64,000 nucleotides of DNA from Alphaproteobacteria bacterium (GTDB lineage Bacteria > Pseudomonadota > Alphaproteobacteria > JAAXGF01). Below, in pieces: positions 20,434 through 29,500 of the stretch (within the stretch, counting starts at the first letter, position 1; each line of letters opens with the position of its first letter). The position numbers and the translations under genes were made by a program. The notes beneath the pieces are model-generated. The model saw nothing but the letters and a program-made list of their open reading frames with translations. It was not told the DNA's origin and ran no database searches. The stretch lies in contig CAUVXB020000002.1 of NCBI GenBank assembly GCA_963555825.3, forward strand, positions 2,624,001 through 2,688,000, in the 5' to 3' direction.

Positions 20434-21120
20434 ATGAGCAAACCACTGATCTACGAGCGCTGGCCTCCGCTGCACGCGGACTGGATTCAGCTTTACTCGG
20501 TCAACTCGCCCAACGGCATCAAGGTCGCCGTGGCGCTGGAGGAAATGGAGCTCGACTACGACCCCCATCTGGTCAACATCCGTGAGGGCGATCAGCACAC
20601 GGCCGAGTTCAGATCGGTCAGCCCCAACGCCAAAATCCCCGCCATCATCGACCCGCAAGGGCGGGGCGGACAGTTGATCACGATCATGGAATCGGGCGCC
20701 ATCCTGATCTATCTGGCGGAGAAGACCGGCAAGCTGCTGCCCACCGACCCCATAGAGCGCAACGAATGCATCCAGTGGCTGTTCTTTCAGGTCGGCCATA
20801 TCGGGCCGATGTTCGGCCAGTACGAGCACTTCTTCGTCCACGCCGCCGACAAGTGCGCTGACCCGTATCCGAAGGAGCGCTACGGCACCGAGGCAATCCG
20901 CTTGCTCGGCGTGCTGGAGGGCCGGCTGGCGGGGCGCAATTTCATTATGGGCGGCGACTACACCATCGCCGACATCGCCATCTGCCCCTGGGTGCGAAGC
21001 CTGCGCAAACAGGCCCAGGGGCACATCGATCTGGCTGATTTTCCCGCTGTCGATGCCTGGTTGGCGCGCTGCACGGGCCGGCCGGCGTTCGAGACCGGAC
21101 GAATCGTCAACGGCCGTTGA
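20434..21120 (+). CDS. Glutathione S-transferase family protein (YfcG/YghU-like)
   Basis: SPNGIKV, SPNAKIPAIID, ESGAILIYLAEK, YTIADIA. Confidence 0.92.
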   Translation: MSKPLIYERWPPLHADWIQLYSVNSPNGIKVAVALEEMELDYDPHLVNIREGDQHTAEFRSVSPNAKIPAIIDPQGRGGQLITIMESGAILIYLAEKTGKLLPTDPIERNECIQWLFFQVGHIGPMFGQYEHFFVHAADKCADPYPKERYGTEAIRLLGVLEGRLAGRNFIMGGDYTIADIAICPWVRSLRKQAQGHIDLADFPAVDAWLARCTGRPAFETGRIVNGR

Positions 21121-21259
21121 CGGCCTGGGGCGAGCTGCAGTCTCGTTCTGTAAAATGCGTCAAAGCCCGCCCCCGGCCCTTCAGATTTCGGGAATATGAG
21201 TGATGTCGCACCGGCATCGCGATGTGCCACATTGCGAGTGCTGAAACAACGCGACCAAT

Positions 21260-21590
21260 GACCGCTCCTGGCTGAGGCTGTTGAAAAAGTCGGTTGCGGA
21301 ACCAAACTCGCCAATTTCCCGGAACCAATGAGAATTCGATTTCAATGAAATCAAAGGCTTAGGAAAACACCGATTTCGGAGAATTGGCAATTCAGGCTCA
21401 AAATGGATGTTTCGGGACTTTTTCAACAGCCTCGGCTATGAGGAGACCTCCAGCGTGATCTCGCTCGGCGTCCGCTTCCTGCTCGTACGCAGACGTCGGC
21501 AACCCGAAATTCGGAGGTTCGGCGTTCCACGTCTGCTGACCGCTCCGAACCGGACGTCGGAGACGGGATCGTTCGATGTCTCCCAATTGT
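21260..21590. repeat. Four-hairpin composite repeat, first hairpin split by a MITE
   Basis: H1 GACCGCTCCTGGCT|ATGAGGAGAC ends 21447, H2 21470-21494, H3 21531-21555, H4 starts 21578. Spacers 22/36/22 nt. Confidence 0.8.
21274..21433. mobile_element. 160-bp MITE
   Basis: Perfect 18-bp IRs GAGGCTGTTGAAAAAGTC/GACTTTTTCAACAGCCTC, 4-bp duplication GGCT, AT-rich interior. Confidence 0.9.
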
Positions 21591-21692
21591 CCGCCGCGGT
21601 GGTCGCCGATGTGGCGCCGCCGTCGACGCCTTGCCGATCGGTCGTATCACAGAGACCCGATGGCGGATCGTCCCCACGGCGTTACGCGGGGC

Positions 21693-22616
21693 TCAGGGCG
21701 CGCCGTTGAACAGCCAATCGATGAAATCCGCCGGATACCTCGCGGTCACCTCGGTTAACAGCGCCAGGCTCTCCGTCGACAACACGCCTCGCCACTGCCC
21801 GGAGGTGCCCTTGTTGAAGAATTGGGAATTATCTTTCCACATCTTGAAATTGGTGTCCGGCGCCGTCCGGTCGGCGTTCTTCTTCATGCTCTCGAAGCTT
21901 GCTGCCGCGACCAGTTCGGGCCAGGCGTCCCGGGCGACCTCGATGCTCAGCGCCACCGCGATCCGGCGCATCTCGGCCGCCAGATCGGCCCCGAGATCGC
22001 CGTAGTGGACGAACACAATATTGATCTCGTCCCGGTGTGCCCAGAATGACGCGCCGTGGCGGAACACCGACCAGAACGGCGCACCGTCGCTCTCCCAGGG
22101 AAAGCTGCCGTTGGTCAGCCACATCCGGAAAAACTCGTTCGGGTCTTCGGGCGCGGCCTCCGCCTCGTCCGCCGCGTCGCGCATCTCGCGCTTGAACATC
22201 GCATCGGCGTCCGGGTTGGAGTTCTGCAGATGGTTCAGCATCGACATGAAGATGTCGCGTGGATCGCGTTGGACGCAATTGTACGTCGCCTCGGGGAACC
22301 AGGGCAGCCCGTCGAGCGGGGTGTGGGTCTTGATGATCCGCCGATGATCCTGCGCGGCGTACACCGCGTGGGTCTCGCTGGTCTGCGCCGCCCTCAGTTC
22401 CATCCACGGCGAAATCTCGGCCAGCGGCAGGTCGAACTCGGTGCGCTGGAAGACCAGCAGCGCGCAGATCATCTGCATCCAGGTCGTGCCCGCCTTGTAC
22501 GGCGTGCAGACGAGGATGTCACCGGGGCGTGGCGCGAAGCCCTGCCAGCGGGCCGAGTCCCACACCGGGTGCTCGTAGTGCCTCAGCGGCAAGGCCGAAA
22601 GGTCGAGCTTTTCCAT
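21693..22616 (-). CDS. PAPS-dependent sulfotransferase (Sulfotransfer_1 family)
   Basis: TPYKAGTTWMQ, IIKTHTPLD, RDPRDIFMS, FFNKGTSGQWR. Confidence 0.9.
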   Translation of the reverse strand: MEKLDLSALPLRHYEHPVWDSARWQGFAPRPGDILVCTPYKAGTTWMQMICALLVFQRTEFDLPLAEISPWMELRAAQTSETHAVYAAQDHRRIIKTHTPLDGLPWFPEATYNCVQRDPRDIFMSMLNHLQNSNPDADAMFKREMRDAADEAEAAPEDPNEFFRMWLTNGSFPWESDGAPFWSVFRHGASFWAHRDEINIVFVHYGDLGADLAAEMRRIAVALSIEVARDAWPELVAAASFESMKKNADRTAPDTNFKMWKDNSQFFNKGTSGQWRGVLSTESLALLTEVTARYPADFIDWLFNGAP

Positions 22617-22857
22617 CACATATTCTCCGAAGCGCCGTCATCTGAGTGAGCCAAGCCATGGTAGACGGCGGCGGCACGCGGCACATCACCGATGCGACCT
22701 ACTTGCGGCCTCTCCCGCGAGGGCGGGGTTTGTATGTCTCACCGGGTTCATGGTCGCTCTCCTCGGTGGCGCTTCAACAAGAGGTCGATCCTATCCGATC
22801 GCCTAAGCCCTTGGAGAGCGGCCGCCGCAATTACGCCATGTTCTCTGTATCGTCAGA

Positions 22858-23586
22858 TCAACCCGCGCCCAGCATGACAAGTCCTTCCGGCGGCGTCCAC
22901 CCTTCAGCAAGGATTGGATTGAAGACCCCGGTGCGGATGCCGTCCGCCCTGACTGTGTCGAACGATACTTCGAGCGATGCACGCTGCTCAGGAGATAGTG
23001 GCGCTAAGAGCAAGTCTTTATCGTTTAACGGTTCACCGGCGAAGTACATCTGGGTGTTTACCGGTGGATTGAAGGGTGCGTGTACTTTGAAGTGGATATG
23101 GCGCGGGCGAACCCAATCACCTATCGCCGGATAAGACCCGGGAATAATGGTCAGAAAGCGATACCTTCCATCCTTGTCCGTAACAATCCTGGCGTAGCCT
23201 TGAAAATTCGGATCCAAGGGCCGGTCCGTCGACTTGTCTCCCGGGTGGTTATAACGGCCACGAAGGTTAGCCTGCCAAACTTCGAGCACGGAGCCCGGTA
23301 ACGGCTGACACTTGACGTCGAGCACTTGGCCAGTCACCTCGATCACGTCGCCTTCGGCGCGGCCCGTTTTGCCGGACACGCTGGTGAGGTCCCAGTCGTA
23401 ATCTTCAATAGCCATGGGATAGAATGGGCCGTCGACCTGGAATGGGGTAAGTGCGCAGGCGGCCCTTGCTGCCCGACCCGTCGCAAGTAATGCCACCCCG
23501 GCAGTCATGCCTGCGAGAATTCCCCGCCGAGAGAAATTCCACGACTCGTTCCGCGCGACGTCTTGGATTTTAGGTTTCCCAACCAC
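22858..23586 (-). CDS. Intradiol ring-cleavage dioxygenase (protocatechuate 3,4-dioxygenase beta-like) with Tat signal
   Basis: SRRGIL twin-arginine leader, GPFYP, EVWQANLRGRYNH, PGSYP, RPRHIHFKV. Start position uncertain. Confidence 0.85.
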   Translation of the reverse strand: MVGKPKIQDVARNESWNFSRRGILAGMTAGVALLATGRAARAACALTPFQVDGPFYPMAIEDYDWDLTSVSGKTGRAEGDVIEVTGQVLDVKCQPLPGSVLEVWQANLRGRYNHPGDKSTDRPLDPNFQGYARIVTDKDGRYRFLTIIPGSYPAIGDWVRPRHIHFKVHAPFNPPVNTQMYFAGEPLNDKDLLLAPLSPEQRASLEVSFDTVRADGIRTGVFNPILAEGWTPPEGLVMLGAG

Positions 23587-23761
23587 AATCCTCTCCTCTG
23601 TCCGATGTCGACGCGGCAAATAGTCTACACCGACCGGAAGTCGGCGCTAGGGGTTTCCCTGGCATTTCGATGGTTGGCATCAAGCGGCGGAACGGCCGCC
23701 GTTGGCTGAGGCTGTTCTCTACCTCGGACGTTGGCTGACGTCCGGCAATCCAAATGGATAG

Positions 23762-23786
23762 GTCTGCTCATCGCGTGAAAGCGGAC
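23762..23786. repeat. Single 25-nt hairpin of the GTC...GAC family
   Basis: GTCTGCTCATCGCGTGAAAGCGGAC, at the right edge of the accessory region. Confidence 0.6.
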
Positions 23787-23862
23787 TGGCGCCGTTGAAC
23801 CCGATGGTCGGTCGACCGAAACGGCCGCCGAATCGCCAAAAATACTGCGGGTTGCCCTGCTG

Positions 23863-24804
23863 CTACGTGCTTCCGCGCGGGCCGAGGCCCAACAGCGCGC
23901 GGGCGTAGTCGTCGGCCTCGAAGGGGCGCAGGTCGTCGAGGTTCTCGCCGACGCCGATGGCGTGGACCGGCAGGCCGAAGCGGGCGGCGAGCGCGACCAG
24001 CACGCCGCCCTTGGCGCTGCCGTCGAGCTTGGTGACGACGAGGCCGGTGACGTCGACCAGTTGGCCGAAGGTCTCGACCTGGGCGTGGGCGTTCTGGCCG
24101 ACCGTGGCGTCGAGCACCAGCACGCAATCTTGCGGCGCGCCCGCGTCGAGCTTCGCGAGGACGCGGCGGATCTTGTCGAACTCGGCCATCAGCTCGGCCC
24201 TGTTGTGCAGGCGCCCGGCGGTGTCGATCAAGAGCACGTCGGCGCCCTTGCCGCGCGCCGCCTCGAGCGCGTCATAGGCGAGCCCGGCGGGATCGGCGCC
24301 CGGCCGGCCGGCGACGACCTCGCACCCCGCCCGCTCGCCCCACAGCTGGAGCTGCTCGATCGCCGCGGCGCGGAAGGTGTCGCAGGCGGCCAGCACGACG
24401 TGCTTGCCGTCGTCACGCAACTGCTTGGCCAGCTTGCCGATCGTCGTCGTCTTGCCGGTGCCGTTGACGCCGACGACCAGCACGACATGGGGCCGGTGAT
24501 CGGGCGAAATTTCGAGCGGCCGGGCGACCGGCGCGAGGATGCCGGCGATCGCCTCGGCGAGCGCCGCGCGCACCTCTTCGGGGTCGACCTCGCGGTCGAA
24601 ACGTGTCTCGGCGATCTCGCGGGTCAGGCGCGCCGCCGTCTCGACGCCGAGATCGGCGGTGATCAAGAGCTCCTCGAGTTGCTCGAGCGCCGCGTCGTCG
24701 AGCTTGCGCTTGGTGAAGATCGCGCCGATGCCGGCGGAAAGCCGGCCCGACGATTCGGTCAGCCCGGTCCTGAGGCGGCCGAACCAGCCCTGCGCTTGCG
24801 CCAT
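23863..24804 (-). CDS. ftsY: SRP receptor FtsY (short NG-only form)
   Basis: GVNGTGKTTTIGK, DTFRAAA, DTAGRL, TKLDGSAKGG. Confidence 0.97.
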   Translation of the reverse strand: MAQAQGWFGRLRTGLTESSGRLSAGIGAIFTKRKLDDAALEQLEELLITADLGVETAARLTREIAETRFDREVDPEEVRAALAEAIAGILAPVARPLEISPDHRPHVVLVVGVNGTGKTTTIGKLAKQLRDDGKHVVLAACDTFRAAAIEQLQLWGERAGCEVVAGRPGADPAGLAYDALEAARGKGADVLLIDTAGRLHNRAELMAEFDKIRRVLAKLDAGAPQDCVLVLDATVGQNAHAQVETFGQLVDVTGLVVTKLDGSAKGGVLVALAARFGLPVHAIGVGENLDDLRPFEADDYARALLGLGPRGST

Positions 24805-24808
24805 ATGG

Positions 24809-25350
24809 CTAGCCCGGATTTCTCGCCATGGACAGGCGCGTCATCGCGTCGGGCGGAGCCGATCCGCCAGGAGAAGGCCGCCGAGCGTAGCCTGGGCTAC
24901 GCGCAAGGCCTTCGACGCCGCGGGCGGCCCGCCCGGCGCGACCCGAAGGGCGGCGGATCTCGGACGACAGGCGGCGTCAAAGCGCTTGCCCGATGCGCGA
25001 GTACTCACTTGCACGATGCCACGGTACGTAGGACGGCCTTGCGCGGTCGTCCGGCAAGGCGCCCGGCGCGCCGTGATGCTGGGCGCATCACAAGCGCCGG
25101 GCAACGCCGCCGGCGGCCGCGCAAGGCCGCCCTGCGGGTCGCGTTTCCCGTCCCCTCGGGGCGTCGGGAACGCTCTGCGATGCCAAGGCATCGCCGTCAC
25201 GCCCCCGACTGCCGAGGAAACGGGAAACGCGATCCTACGTGCCGTGGAATCGTGCAAGGGAGTACTGGCATCGTGGCCCGCACGCTTTTCCTAGCCTGTC
25301 GTTCGATATCCGCCGTGCCGCACCTGTCCATGGCGAGAAGGCCGGGCTAG
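24809..25350. mobile_element. Nested palindromic MITE-like elements (outer CTAG-bounded; inner 25000-25266 AGTACT-bounded)
   Basis: Outer IRs of about 30 bp: CTAGCCCGGATTTCTCGCCATGGACAGG / CCTGTCCATGGCGAGAAGGCCGGGCTAG. Inner 34-bp IRs with 3 mismatches. Several internal stems. Confidence 0.8.
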
Positions 25351-26588
25351 ACGGGGACGGCGGTCAGTGCACAGTCCGCGACGCCCGTGACGACCGCGCG
25401 GACCAGGTTGCCGGGGACGTGGTCACCGGAAAGACGGACCGGCGCGAACGCTTCGCTGCGGCCTTGGTTCGGCTTTTCGACCAGCGCCTCGACGGTGTGC
25501 CCGACACAACCTGCCAGGAAGCGATCGAGCGCCGCGGCGCCGGCGCCGCGCAGGCGCGCCGCGCGTTCCTTGCGGGCGCCGCCCGATACTTGCGGCATGC
25601 GCGCCGCGGGTGTGCCCCGGCGCGCCGAGAAGGGGAAGACGTGCAGATAGGTCAGCCCGGCCTCGTCGACCAGGTCGAGGCTGCGCTGGAACATCGCCTC
25701 GGTCTCGGTCGGGAAGCCGGCGATCAGGTCGGCGCCGAAAGCAACATCGGGGCGCAGCGTGCGCACCGTTTCACAGAACGCGATTGCGTCGGCGCGGTTG
25801 TGGCGCCGCTTCATGCGTTTGAGCACCATGTCGTCGCCGGCCTGCAGGCTGAGGTGCAGATGCGGCATCAGCCGGGGCTCCTCGGCGATCAGGCGCATCA
25901 GCGCGTCGTCGACCTCGGCGACGTCGATCGAAGACAAACGCAAACGGGGCAATTCGGGCACCAGGGCCAGCAGCCGCCGGGTCATGTCGCCGAGCGACGG
26001 GTGGCCCGGCAGGTCGGCGCCATAGGCCGTCAGGTCGACGCCGGTCAGCACGACCTCGCGGTAGCCGGCCTCGACCAGGCGCCGGGTTTGGGCGACGATC
26101 TCGCCGATCGGCACGCTGCGGCTCGGTCCCCGGCCGTAGGGAATGATGCAGAAGGTGCAGCGGTGATCGCAGCCGTTCTGGACCTGGACGAAGGCGCGCG
26201 CGCGGCCCTCGAAGCCGGCGACCAGATGGCCGGCGGTCTCGGTCACCGCCATGATGTCGTTGACGCGCACCGGCTCGCCGTCGAGGTCGGCGAAGCTCTC
26301 GGGGCGCAGCTTCTCGGCGTTGCCCAGCACGCTGTCGACCTCGGGCATAGCGGCGAAGGCCGCCGGGTCGATCTGCGCGGCGCAGCCGGTGACGACGATG
26401 CGCGCCCCGGGCGCGCGGCGCCGCGCACGGCGGATCGCCTGACGCGCCTGGCGCTCGGCTTCCGCCGTCACCGCGCAGGTATTGACGATGATCGTGTCCG
26501 TCAGGCCGGCGGCCGCGGCATGGTCGCGCATGACTTCCGACTCATAGGCGTTGAGCCGGCAGCCGAAGGTGATGACCTCGGCGTTCAC
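25347..26588 (-). CDS. mtaB: tRNA ms2t6A methylthiotransferase
   Basis: TFGCRLNAYES, NTCAVT, QNGCDHRCTFCII radical-SAM motif. dapF-mtaB-ftsY gene order. Confidence 0.93.
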   Translation of the reverse strand: MNAEVITFGCRLNAYESEVMRDHAAAAGLTDTIIVNTCAVTAEAERQARQAIRRARRRAPGARIVVTGCAAQIDPAAFAAMPEVDSVLGNAEKLRPESFADLDGEPVRVNDIMAVTETAGHLVAGFEGRARAFVQVQNGCDHRCTFCIIPYGRGPSRSVPIGEIVAQTRRLVEAGYREVVLTGVDLTAYGADLPGHPSLGDMTRRLLALVPELPRLRLSSIDVAEVDDALMRLIAEEPRLMPHLHLSLQAGDDMVLKRMKRRHNRADAIAFCETVRTLRPDVAFGADLIAGFPTETEAMFQRSLDLVDEAGLTYLHVFPFSARRGTPAARMPQVSGGARKERAARLRGAGAAALDRFLAGCVGHTVEALVEKPNQGRSEAFAPVRLSGDHVPGNLVRAVVTGVADCALTAVPV

Positions 26589-27412
26589 CTGCCGGCCTCG
26601 GGTGCGAATTCGCCGGCGAAGCTGGTCGACCAGGGGCCGGTCATCAAGACATGGCCGTCCGCGCGCCAGGCGATGTGCAGGGCGCCGCCGTCGAGGATCA
26701 CGTCGGCCTCGCGCCCGGTCAGGCCGCGGCGCGCAGCGGCGACCAGCGTTGCGCAGGCGCCGGTGCCGCAGGCGCGCGTGATGCCGGTGCCGCGCTCCCA
26801 AACGCGCATGCGGATTTCGGCCGCGCCGCGCACCTGGGCGACCTCGATGTTGATCCTTTCGGGGAACATCGCGTCTTGTTCGAGGGCCGGGCCGATGCGC
26901 GCCAGATCGACCGCCTCGGCGTCGTCGACGAAGAACACGGCATGGGGGTTGCCGACGTTGACGCCGACCGCCGGCCCGGGCGCCGGTGCCGCGAGCTCGA
27001 TGGCCAGGGTGTCGGCCTCGCGGGCGAGCGGAATGTCGCGCCAGTCGGTGCGCGCCACGCCCATGTCGACGGTGATGCGACCGTCGCCCGCATCCATGCA
27101 GGGCAGCAGGCCGGCGTCGGTCTCGATGGTCACCGCGCGCCGCCCGGTCTCGGCCATCACCAGGCCGGCGATGCAGCGCGTCGCGTTGCCGCAGGCCTCG
27201 GTGACGCCGCCGTCGGCGTTGCGCAGGCTGAGCCGCACGTCGGCCGCCTCGGCCGCCTCGATCAGCACGAGCTGGTCGCAGCCGACCCCGGTGCGCCGGT
27301 CCGAGACTGCTCGCACCCAGTCGCTGTCGAGCGCGACCGGACGCACGCGTGCGTCGACGACGACGAAGTCGTTGCCGAGCCCATGCATCTTGATGAACGG
27401 CAGGGGTTCCAT
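26585..27412 (-). CDS. dapF: Diaminopimelate epimerase
   Basis: KMHGLGNDF, EACGNATRC, GNPHAV, WERGTGITRACGTGACA. Confidence 0.96.
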   Translation of the reverse strand: MEPLPFIKMHGLGNDFVVVDARVRPVALDSDWVRAVSDRRTGVGCDQLVLIEAAEAADVRLSLRNADGGVTEACGNATRCIAGLVMAETGRRAVTIETDAGLLPCMDAGDGRITVDMGVARTDWRDIPLAREADTLAIELAAPAPGPAVGVNVGNPHAVFFVDDAEAVDLARIGPALEQDAMFPERINIEVAQVRGAAEIRMRVWERGTGITRACGTGACATLVAAARRGLTGREADVILDGGALHIAWRADGHVLMTGPWSTSFAGEFAPEAGR

Positions 27413-27484
27413 AAGGCGCCCTATATGGCGCGGCGCGACGGCGGAGTCCAACGGATTCAGCGACGGCAGTGTGCCACCGAGTCC

Positions 27485-28312
27485 TCAGTCGAAGGCGTCT
27501 GGCGAGCCCTTGGCGCGCGAGATCGCCCTGGCGGCGAGGACGACAGCCGGCGCCAGGCGAGCGCGCACATCTTCGACCGACCAGCGTGCCGTCGGCACCG
27601 GGATGTTCAGCGCGGCCGTGGCGGCGCCGGTGTCGTTGAAGATCGCCGCGGCGACCGAGATCTCGCCGATCACGAACTCTTGGTCGACGATCGCGAAGCC
27701 GTCCGACCGGGCGGCCTCGATATGACGCATGATCGCGTCGACCTCGGTGTGCGTCGTCGGGGTGAGCGGGTTGCGTTCGCTCGTTGCAATTATTTCACGG
27801 ACACGGTCGTTGGGCAGATCGGCGAGCAGGACCCGCCCCGCGCTGGTGCAAAACGCAGGTCGCCGAGACCCGACGACGGCGCCAGTGCGTACCCCTCTTC
27901 GCGGCATGCGGACGATGCTGATGATCTCGGCGCCATCGAGCTGGCTGAGGTTGACGGCTTCGTCACACTGTTTGCCGAGGTCGATCATGTGCGGCGTCGC
28001 GACCTCGGCGAGCCGGTCGGCGCACAGATAGATGAATGAGAAATCGAGAAGTTTCGGCGCGACGCCGTAACGCCGCGTCCGGGCGTCTCTGCTCAAGTAG
28101 CCGAGACGGCAGAGCGTGTGGATGAAACGCTGCGCGGCGCTCGGGTGCAACCCTGTCCGTTTGGCAATCTCACCGAGGCCAAGGGACGTCCCGCCTTGGC
28201 GAAACGCATAGAGGACCCGCAGCCCCTTTTCGAGGGATTTCACGTACAGCGCGCCCTCGCGCGGCCTACCCGCCCGTGCCGTTGATGCCATGCCGACGCC
28301 TTCCACAGCCAT
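27485..28312 (-). CDS. IclR-family transcriptional regulator (PcaR/PobR-like)
   Basis: SLEKGLRVL HTH, CTSAGRVLLA, DQEFVIGEISVAAAI. Confidence 0.92.
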   Translation of the reverse strand: MAVEGVGMASTARAGRPREGALYVKSLEKGLRVLYAFRQGGTSLGLGEIAKRTGLHPSAAQRFIHTLCRLGYLSRDARTRRYGVAPKLLDFSFIYLCADRLAEVATPHMIDLGKQCDEAVNLSQLDGAEIISIVRMPRRGVRTGAVVGSRRPAFCTSAGRVLLADLPNDRVREIIATSERNPLTPTTHTEVDAIMRHIEAARSDGFAIVDQEFVIGEISVAAAIFNDTGAATAALNIPVPTARWSVEDVRARLAPAVVLAARAISRAKGSPDAFD

Positions 28313-28359
28313 GCTAACCGTGCCGACAATGCCCTCATTGACGCGTCGGCTCGAATGGA

Positions 28360-28410
28360 TGTAACATTAAATAATAATAGTAAATATTGCAATACGATTA
28401 TAAAGTGAAT
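28360..28410. promoter_or_regulatory. AT-rich divergent promoter/operator region
   Basis: Sharp AT-rich tract containing the palindrome TATTGCAATA between the divergent IclR and beta-CA genes. Confidence 0.5.
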
Positions 28411-28444
28411 CATCGCCGGCGCGTTGATATGTGGAAGGGATACC

Positions 28445-29038
28445 ATGGTCACGAGCAACCAGCCGGAGGATTGGCTCGATCAGATGCGTGCGGCAAACGA
28501 TGCGTTTCGGGCGCGCGTCGATCACGAACGCCTGCCGGTCGAACGCAAACCGTCACCCTATGCCGTGATCACTTGCATGGACCCGCGCGTGAACCTTGAA
28601 TGCATCGGCATCCCGTCGTTCGGGTCGGACGGCGCCGGACCGTCGAGCGTGCGCATCGTTCGAACGATCGGCGGCATGGCCGACGAGCGGTCGTTGTTCA
28701 TCGGCGTGTATCTCGCCGGCATCAAGGAGTGGGCGGTGGTCATGCACAGCGATTGTGGCTGCTGTCACGCGGCCAAGAAGATCGACACGATCGTCGAGAG
28801 CATGACGGCGAGCCTGGACGCGGCCGGGCAGGCGCGCGTTCGGGCACGGATGGGCGAGCCATTCCGCGAACGGCTGGCCGACTGGCTCAAGGTATTCGAC
28901 GATCCCAGAGAGGCGGTGAAGCGTGAGATCTCGGCGATCCGCAGCCTAGACTTCGTGCCCTGGTCGATGCCGGTTCACGGCATCGTCTTTGATTTGGCGG
29001 ACGCGAAGATCGACGTCGTCGTCAACGGTTACGCGTGA
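28445..29038 (+). CDS. Beta-class carbonic anhydrase family protein (clade D-like)
   Basis: Zn motifs ITCMDPR and HSDCG. Confidence 0.85.
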   Translation: MVTSNQPEDWLDQMRAANDAFRARVDHERLPVERKPSPYAVITCMDPRVNLECIGIPSFGSDGAGPSSVRIVRTIGGMADERSLFIGVYLAGIKEWAVVMHSDCGCCHAAKKIDTIVESMTASLDAAGQARVRARMGEPFRERLADWLKVFDDPREAVKREISAIRSLDFVPWSMPVHGIVFDLADAKIDVVVNGYA

Positions 29039-29047
29039 CCCGGCGGC

Positions 29048-29497
29048 TCAGCCGTCCGACAAGGCCCGATAGGCGTGGCGCAGGGCGTCGGGCATCGGCG
29101 TCGAGCGGTTGGTCTCGAGATCGACCAGCACGCTGACCGCATCGGAAGTCGCGACGCATCGGCCGTCGGCGAACAACGCCTGGCCGAGCAGGCAGGAGCT
29201 GCGCCCGAAGCTCAGCACCCGGGTGCCGACGCGGACCGCGCCCGGGAAGTGGAGCTGCGCCAGGTAGTCGATCGTCATGCGCACGATCATCGTCGTCGTG
29301 CCCGGCGCGAGCGCGCGCGAGCCGGGCACGACGACGAAGGCGACGCGGCCGGCCTCGAAGATCTCGGCATAGGCGACGTTGTTGACGTGGCCCGCCGGGT
29401 CGAGGTCGGCGAAGCGCAGCACATGGTCCTTCCAGTGGCGGTACCGCGCGGCGTCGACGAGGTCGACGTCGCCCAATTTGTGCTGCGCCTCGGCCAT
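29048..29497 (-). CDS. Acyl-CoA thioesterase (4HBT/hotdog fold)
   Basis: LRFADLDPAGHVNNVAY. Confidence 0.9.
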   Translation of the reverse strand: MAEAQHKLGDVDLVDAARYRHWKDHVLRFADLDPAGHVNNVAYAEIFEAGRVAFVVVPGSRALAPGTTTMIVRMTIDYLAQLHFPGAVRVGTRVLSFGRSSCLLGQALFADGRCVATSDAVSVLVDLETNRSTPMPDALRHAYRALSDG

Positions 29498-29500
29498 GGT

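Noticed and set aside
17267-21590. Hairpin-spacer clusters as a CRISPR array or integron attC sites
   Set aside because: The repeats are divergent, spacers resemble each other between clusters, and there are no cas or intI genes or GTTRRRY/RYYYAAC boxes.
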